Assembly (NCBI GenBank): GCA_950097015.1
Contig: CATNEN010000011.1
Span: forward strand, 4,836,001-4,900,000
DNA from: Macrostomum hystrix
Lineage: Eukaryota > Animalia > Platyhelminthes
Direction of reading: 5' to 3'
Length of the DNA: 64,000 nt
Below are positions 61,575 through 64,000 of this stretch, one piece after another. The position numbers and the translations under genes were made by a program. The stretch's first letter is position 1, and each line of letters begins with the position of its first letter. The notes under the pieces were generated by a model that made no database searches, was not told the origin of the DNA, and was given only the letters and a program-made list of their open reading frames with translations.

Positions 61575-62985
61575 GTCCAGTTAGGACTCGTGCTGCGATT
61601 CCAGTTAGGACTCTTGCTGCGATTCCAGTTAGGTCTCATGCTGCGATTCCAGTTAGGACTCTTGCTACGATTCCAGTTAGGTCTCATGCTGCGATTCCAG
61701 TTAGGACTCGTGCTGCGATTCTAGTTAGGACTCTTGCTGCGATTCTAATTTGGTCTCGTGCTGCGATTCTAATTTGGTCTCGTGCTGCGATTCTAGTTAG
61801 GACTCTTGCTGCGATTCTAGTTAGGACTCTTGCTGCGATTCTAGTTAGGACTCTTGCTGCGATTCTAATTTGGTCTCGTGCTGCGATTCTAGTTAGGACT
61901 CTTGCTGCGATTCTAGTTAGGACTCTTGCTGCGATTCTAGTTAGGACTCTTGCTGCGATTCTAGTTAGGACTCTTGCTGCGATTCTAGTTAGGACTCTTG
62001 CTGCGATTCTAGTTAGGACTCTTGCTGCGATTCTAGTTAGGACTCTTGCTGCGATTCTAGTTAGGACTCTTGCTGCGATTCTAATTTGGTCTCGTGCTGC
62101 GATTCTAGTTAGGACTCTTGCTGCGATTCTAGTTAGGACTCTTGCTGCGATTCTAGTTAGGACTCTTGCTGCGATTCTAGTTAGGACTCTTGCTGCGATT
62201 CTAGTTAGGACTCTTGCTGCGATTCTAGTTAGGACTCTTGCTGCGATTCTAGTTAGGACTCTTGCTGCGATTCTAATTTGGTCTCGTGCTGCGATTCTAG
62301 TTAGGACTCTTGCTGCGATTCTAGTTAGGACTCTTGCTGCGATTCTAGTTAGGACTCTTGCTGCGATTCTAGTTAGGACTCTTGCTGCGATTCTAGTTAG
62401 GACTCTTGCTGCGATTCTAGTTAGGACTCTTGCTGCGATTCCAGTTAGCACTCTTGCTGCGATTCCAGTTAGCACTCTTGCTGCGATTCTAGTTAGGACT
62501 CTTGTTGCGATTCCAGTTAGGACTATGCTGCGATTCTAGTTAGGACTATGCTGCGATTCTAGTTAGGACTCTTGCTGCGATTCCAGTTAGGTCTCTGTAG
62601 AGTCTTTGATTTGTGGTCGAAAATATGCTCAACTGAGCGCTGCCCCGCGGGCGACAATATATATTTAATGGATCGATAATTGGGGTGGGGGTACGACAGG
62701 TGAGAGTTGAAAGTGCTGAGTGCGCGCACAAGACGTAAGAGGTATTGATTGGCTGGAGCAAGCTGACGCAATGCGGGGCGAAGTACAAGTACGCAAGTCT
62801 TACAGTCTCATGCTGCGATTCTAATTTGGTCTCGTGCTGCGATTCCAGTTAGGACTCTTGCTGCGATTCTAGTTAGGACTCTTGCTGCGATTCCAGTTAG
62901 GACTCTTGCTGCGATTCCAGTTAGGACTCTTGCTGCGATTCCAGTTAGGACTCTTGCTGCGATTCTAGTTAGGTACTGCAGTACC
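61575..62985. repeat. 24-bp minisatellite (gctgcgattctagttaggactctt) interrupted by a solo LTR
   Basis: Tandem units read directly; the 8-aa periodic ORF 61684..62475 is a by-product. Confidence 0.95.
62596..62804 (-). mobile_element. Solo LTR, 209 bp, inserted in the 24-bp minisatellite
   Basis: TGTA...TACA termini; exact 5-bp TSD GTCTC (62591-62595, 62805-62809), which is part of the repeat variant ggtctcatg; CCAAT and ATTAAA on the minus strand. Confidence 0.8.
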
Positions 62986-63181
62986 AGTTAGGACTTCAAA
63001 GTAAGTAAAATACTGAAATAAACTTTGACAACATCTTTGAACAATAGCTTAGAAATTAACAGGACTACTATTCTACTATTCTGCGTTTTATAGTATTGTA
63101 TTTCTTGCCTGTAGGGGTAATTTACAAGCAGTAGAATGTGAGCTTGAGTTTTGCGTCTATAACAGTTCGAGTTTCTATCCC

Positions 63182-63589
63182 TCAGGGCCATCGGTATCCG
63201 TATGCTTCCACCTCACACAGAGAAAGTACACCCATGTACAGCCGATTGAAAACTCCAATCCTACTTCCGTAGCCGACGCAGGTGAAGTTGCGGACACTGA
63301 ATGTGACGGTGTCATTGTACTCGTTGCATTGAATGTTGTCCAATAGCAGACGGAAGTTTCTCAGCCTTTCAGCGCAGCAATCCTGCCTGTTGTAGATGGT
63401 GACGAAGGAAATGACCGCGGCAGCTGGCAGCTGGCTCTCCCACCATTCGTTGCTAAGGGTGCCAGGGAGTTCCGTGTGGCTGCAGGAGGAGCCACTGTAA
63501 ACTTGGTTTCTGTTGCCATCGATGGCCCTAGAACATGAGCCAGCATTAGAGCTCTGGGTACAGCTGGTCATTGGGAGTCTCTGATCCAC
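63182..63589 (-). CDS. F-type lectin (fucolectin, F5/8-like) domain, terminal exon
   Basis: AIDGN...CSHTE...EWW...VTIYNRQDCCAERLRNF...LSLCEVEAY contains the H...RxDxxxxR fucose-binding motif; cccgcag acceptor just upstream; upstream exon(s) unresolved. Confidence 0.9.
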   Translation of the reverse strand: MDQRLPMTSCTQSSNAGSCSRAIDGNRNQVYSGSSCSHTELPGTLSNEWWESQLPAAAVISFVTIYNRQDCCAERLRNFRLLLDNIQCNEYNDTVTFSVRNFTCVGYGSRIGVFNRLYMGVLSLCEVEAYGYRWP

Positions 63590-64000
63590 TGCGGGAGTGA
63601 CATTGTGTCGTCAGGCGTATTTGGTTCGAGTTCCATTTGCAGAGACCAGAGTTGACGTTTTTTAAAATGCTTCTCAGGCCGAGACTTTAGAGATCGAATT
63701 TTTGAGTCAACAAAAGGGTTTACGCTTCAGATATCTGCCACACCTTTATCTCGTTTTAACCCTCTCTGTTACACCTTGATCACTTTTAGCTAACCAATTC
63801 CTCTTGCTTCAATTGTCTCACATCTGTATAATTGCGTCTCAAACAGGTGCACGTTTCTGTGCATCGCTGCCTCGAATTTTTTACACAGCAAAATGGACGA
63901 ATCTAGAGAAAATGAAGCTAAATTGGTTGAAGTTTTGTTCAAATTGAAATCGCTGCCTCGCGGTGAAAAGTTTAGAACGCAAAAGGGGACATTTAACTCA

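Noticed and set aside
61684-62475. 263-aa ORF of RVLTRIAA repeats
   Set aside because: 24-bp minisatellite with no credible start or splice context.

Overview
Eukaryotic animal genomic DNA with GT-AG introns, GC-rich exons, AT-rich spacers, poly-Q tracts and many intronic minisatellites. The style suggests a free-living flatworm such as Macrostomum, but that is inference only. No rRNA, tRNA gene or CRISPR array was seen. Genes from left to right: a spliced minus-strand gene with a NAB NCD2-like domain running off the left edge; three or four small signal-peptide or single-TM ORFs; two intact intronless IFIT-like TPR genes (8962-11709, 25641-29027) plus a deleted third copy; a six-exon 2xCUB type I membrane protein; a seven-exon low-complexity protein; a seven-exon protocadherin with about 7 EC repeats; and an F-type lectin exon. 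Mobile DNA: a decayed Gypsy pol, a hAT-type MITE (8-bp TSD), a piggyBac-type MITE (TTAA), a solo LTR (5-bp TSD) inside a minisatellite, and two dispersed SINE-like families. The best candidate for an undescribed system is the IFIT-like cluster. Each intact gene joins an IFIT-type TPR region, an RNA sensor in vertebrates, to an extra C-terminal domain with an LD..YYP..W..N-x-x-K-H pattern reminiscent of HEPN-like folds. The TPR halves are strongly diverged, about 790 nt spanning most of the C-terminal domain is nearly identical between paralogs, and one paralog adds an RG/RGG repeat tail. All family calls are by-eye motif recognition; no searches were run.
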